NCBI GenBank assembly: GCA_027031765.1
Contig: JALVPN010000207.1
Coordinates: 1-8,820, forward strand
Reading direction: 5' to 3'
Length of the DNA stretch: 8,820 bases
DNA from: Promethearchaeota archaeon
GTDB taxonomy: Archaea; Asgardarchaeota; Thorarchaeia; Thorarchaeales; Thorarchaeaceae
The notes under the pieces are model-generated. The model did not search any database. It worked only from the letters and a program-made list of their open reading frames with translations, and had not been told where the DNA came from. Positions 6,874 to 8,820 of the stretch are shown one piece after another. The stretch's first letter is position 1. Every line of letters begins with the position of its first letter. The position numbers and the translations under genes are program-made.

Positions 6874-7416
6874 CTAGTCGTCACCGCCGCTGCCAGAGTG
6901 CGCCCTCTTGTACTCTTCTATACAGCGGTTGATGGTCTGGTAGGCCTCCCCAATATCACCGAACCGCTTGATCTCTGTGTGGACGCCCTCCTGTATCTTG
7001 TATGTGGCATAGAAGTGCTTCAGTTCCTCCACCTGACTCCTTGGCACGTCCACCAGGCCAGACACATCCCTGTAGTACGGGTCTCGTATCGGGACTGCAA
7101 TCACCTTGTCGTCAACCTTGCCGGCATCGTCCATCTCCATGAGGCCGATGGGCCTCGCCCGGACAACGCAGGCGGTGAAGGTCGGCTCACTGATGAGCAG
7201 GACGACATCTAGGGGGTCGCCGTCGTAGTCAAGGGTGCGGGGGATGAAGCCGTAGTCGAACGGTGCAAACGTATAGAGCACCCTGTCGAGTCTGAACACG
7301 TTGTACTCCGGGTCGTACTCGTACTTGTTCTTGCTCGCCCTGGTCAGCTCGATGACCACGAACACCTCACTCGGTGGGTCAGGACCAGGCGGCAACTCAT
7401 GGAGGTAGTTCGTCAT
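6874..7416 (-). CDS. ppa: Family I soluble inorganic pyrophosphatase
   Basis: VIE...KNKYEYD, LDRVLY, DYGFIP, DYDGDPLDV, DDKVIAV and TYK are present. ATG at 7416 (MTNYLHELPPGPDPP, 180 aa; GTG at 7419 is an alternative). The track's extension to 7611 is not PPase-like. Confidence 0.97.
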   Translation of the reverse strand: MTNYLHELPPGPDPPSEVFVVIELTRASKNKYEYDPEYNVFRLDRVLYTFAPFDYGFIPRTLDYDGDPLDVVLLISEPTFTACVVRARPIGLMEMDDAGKVDDKVIAVPIRDPYYRDVSGLVDVPRSQVEELKHFYATYKIQEGVHTEIKRFGDIGEAYQTINRCIEEYKRAHSGSGGDD

Positions 7417-7505
7417 CACATCCGAAAACTGCGGCTCTGCTAAAGAGTGTTGCCAGTCCCGTGCGCAGCTGACCGCCCTTGATAGACAGGGCAACGTGCC
7501 ATGTA

Positions 7506-7733
7506 ATGGTTGCTGAGAGAAGGCAAGGATAGGTGGGACGGTGGGACGTATCGAAAGGGTACTGCAACCTGCCGATGAAAGTTGTCGACTCCTTCTACGT
7601 CGACGGGTCAAGACTGGTCATCCACGACAACGGGTACGTGCGCGTCTGGGCCCTCCAGTCCATGATGCCTGTGTTCCCAGTGCCTGCGGTCAGGGAACAC
7701 CTCCAAGAGGAACATTGGGTGTGCACGTCCTGA
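7506..7733 (+). pseudogene. WD40-like beta-propeller fragment (~1.5 repeats), interrupted, or a small ORF at 7533/7575-7733
   Basis: Reads MVAERRQG*VGRWDVSKGYCNLPMKVVDSFYVDGSRLVIHDNGYVRVWALQS. WDVSKGYC and DGSRLV...NGYVRVW resemble the WD40 consensus. There is a TAG at 7530-7532. 41 of 52 codons from ATG 7575 end in G/C. Confidence 0.4.
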
Positions 7734-7860
7734 AAAAGGAGGGTGCCCCCTCACAGACCCGACAGCCCGTACACTTGCTTGCGTCCGTCCGGACTGTCAG
7801 TAGTCACCACCCGCTTGTGTGCCAGCCCCTTTGTTCTGACCCGTCCTTCACCGTCCGTTT

Positions 7861-8128
7861 CTCGTCAGGGCCGCCCGACTGCTCACGGCCACCACAGGCC
7901 ACAACTACACAGCTGTGCGGCTCAGCTACCTCGTGGGACCGTATGTGGACGTCTAGCGCAAGACCAACGAGCGCTTCCACATCCTACCGGAGAGGACGAC
8001 ACCCTCCCACGCAGATTCGTAGAAGAACAGCTGCCACATGGCCATCCGCGGGCTCCACGGTCGACGTGGATAGGACGGTGGACGGATACTACCAAGCGCA
8101 CGGCTGGCGACGCAGAGGCAAGGAGTGA
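7861..8128 (+). pseudogene. Frameshifted C-terminal remnant of a tungsten aldehyde:ferredoxin oxidoreductase (AOR family)
   Basis: Three successive frames give collinear AOR-like motifs: RLLTATTGHNYT...*RKTNERFHILPER (7861-7995), EDDTLPRRFVEEQLPHG (7992-8042) and PSAGSTVDVDRTVDGYYQAHGW (8042-8107). These match the recalled AOR consensus LLxAxTGxxY..GERIxxLER, DDTLPxRF..EPLPxGP, YYxxRGW. Confidence 0.65.
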
Positions 8129-8150
8129 CTCCTCACACCTGGCCGCACAC

Positions 8151-8169
8151 GCAGGCAGGCAGGCAGGCA
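8151..8169 (+). repeat. Tetranucleotide microsatellite (GCAG)4GCA
   Basis: GCAGGCAGGCAGGCAGGCA is seen directly. Confidence 0.85.
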
Positions 8170-8389
8170 CCCGCAGTGCGTTTCGCACCGTGGCGGCAAC
8201 AGGACCACTCATGGCCGTCCGGGTGTGCACCGGTGGGAGAGCAGGCACAGTACAGACCGTCAGGAACAGCCCGACATACCCGGGTATAGGGCCGCTCCCT
8301 GCACGCGGCGGATGTGCTGCCAGCCCAGAACGTTGTCAAAGGGGCACTCGGGGCCACGATTGCTGGGAGAGCATGCCCCTTAGCAGTGA

Positions 8390-8437
8390 GAAATAAGTAC
8401 TTAAGAGAGATATCAATCAATACTATTTGCCAGGAGG
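8390..8437 (+). promoter_or_regulatory. AT-rich promoter (purine-rich BRE-like run, TATA-like ACTTAAGAG) and Shine-Dalgarno AGGAGG
   Basis: GAAATAAGTACTTAAGAGAGATATCAATCAATACTATTT is a conspicuously AT-rich stretch in this GC-rich window. AGGAGG is at 8432-8437, 10 nt before TTG 8448. Confidence 0.6.
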
Positions 8438-8447
8438 GACAGCCCGT

Positions 8448-8820
8448 TTGCAGAAAGGGAACACAGTGTCGGAGGTACTAGAGGGAGTAGTGGATGAAAC
8501 AGGTCTCGACCAGCTCGCAGTGGTGATGTCAGCGGGGGTCGTCGCAGGCGCTGTTGGGGAAGTGCCCCCACACGACTCGCGGTCTGTTACGGCCTACGCC
8601 TCTCTGGAGCTCACTACGCGGTTGCTTGGACTTGGCATGCCAGTCTACACGCGGATATCTGGGTCAAGACGTGTCTTCTATCTGTGTCACGTCGGTCCAG
8701 ACAAGGACATGCGTTCATGGCTCGTTGCGTCAGGCCCGATAGCCGTGATATCCGGTCCGGGGAACCAGTTACAGGACGTGGCAGTAGACGGGGATGGCGC
8801 GACTGACAGCACGGAGGTCG
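8448..8820 (+). CDS. Roadblock/LC7-like (MglB-like) domain protein, 3'-partial
   Basis: The frame is open from TTG 8448 (or GTG 8466) to the window end: QKGNTVSEVLEGVVDETGLDQLAVVMSAGVVAGAVGEVPPHDSRSVTAYASLELTTRLLGLGMPVYTRISGSRRVFYLCHVGPDKDMRSWLVASG. The helix-strand-strand-helix-strand-strand-strand pattern fits Roadblock. The CDS is well supported by the promoter and SD; the fold is inferred. Confidence 0.6.
   Translation, partial: MQKGNTVSEVLEGVVDETGLDQLAVVMSAGVVAGAVGEVPPHDSRSVTAYASLELTTRLLGLGMPVYTRISGSRRVFYLCHVGPDKDMRSWLVASGPIAVISGPGNQLQDVAVDGDGATDSTEV

Noticed and set aside
172-6932. Remaining short ORFs nested in or antisense to the six main genes
   Set aside because: They are alternative frames of well-supported genes and have no motifs or independent start signals.
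7417-7611. 65-aa N-terminal extension of the pyrophosphatase
   Set aside because: Arg/Ser-rich and non-homologous; the family N-terminus starts at 7416.
8121-8133. Palindrome AGGAGTGACTCCT sharing an AGTSACT core with the 4938-4950 site
   Set aside because: It is not near an evident promoter and the outer arms differ, so the match is likely chance.
7541-8396. ORFs 7541-8128 and 7743-8396 as intact proteins
   Set aside because: Mostly low-quality composition; each carries only one short AOR-like piece, better explained as a frameshifted remnant.
8133-8420. Cys-rich 95-aa minus-strand ORF
   Set aside because: It overlaps the promoter and the microsatellite, whose CTGC repeats generate the Cys/Leu/Pro/Ala run. 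No metal-binding pattern is convincing.
1-8820. tRNA, rRNA, CRISPR array, transposase or integrase
   Set aside because: No cloverleaf, regularly spaced repeats, terminal inverted repeats with target duplications or recombinase motifs were seen.

Overview
A GC-rich archaeal window, most likely from an Asgard archaeon. That assignment is inferred from two eukaryote-like signalling genes at the edges: an Arf-like small GTPase fused to a longin-like domain and two winged helices (left, 5'-truncated), and a Roadblock/LC7-like ORF (right, 3'-truncated, absent from the ORF track). The centre is an NAD-related locus. A catalytically degenerate NAD-kinase-like protein with a C-terminal MarR-type winged helix abuts a beta-CASP metallo-beta-lactamase RNase that has an unrecognised ~325-aa N-terminal domain. 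This pair is divergent from quinolinate synthase nadA across a 203-bp spacer with three palindromes and two TATA-like boxes. A HAD hydrolase and a family I pyrophosphatase (ppa) follow on the minus strand, then ~1 kb of apparent gene decay (a WD40-like fragment and a frameshifted aldehyde:ferredoxin oxidoreductase C-terminus). The best candidate for an undescribed system is an NAD(P)-sensing regulator controlling both de novo NAD synthesis and an RNase, possibly acting on NAD-capped RNA. All family calls come from motif recognition; no searches were run.
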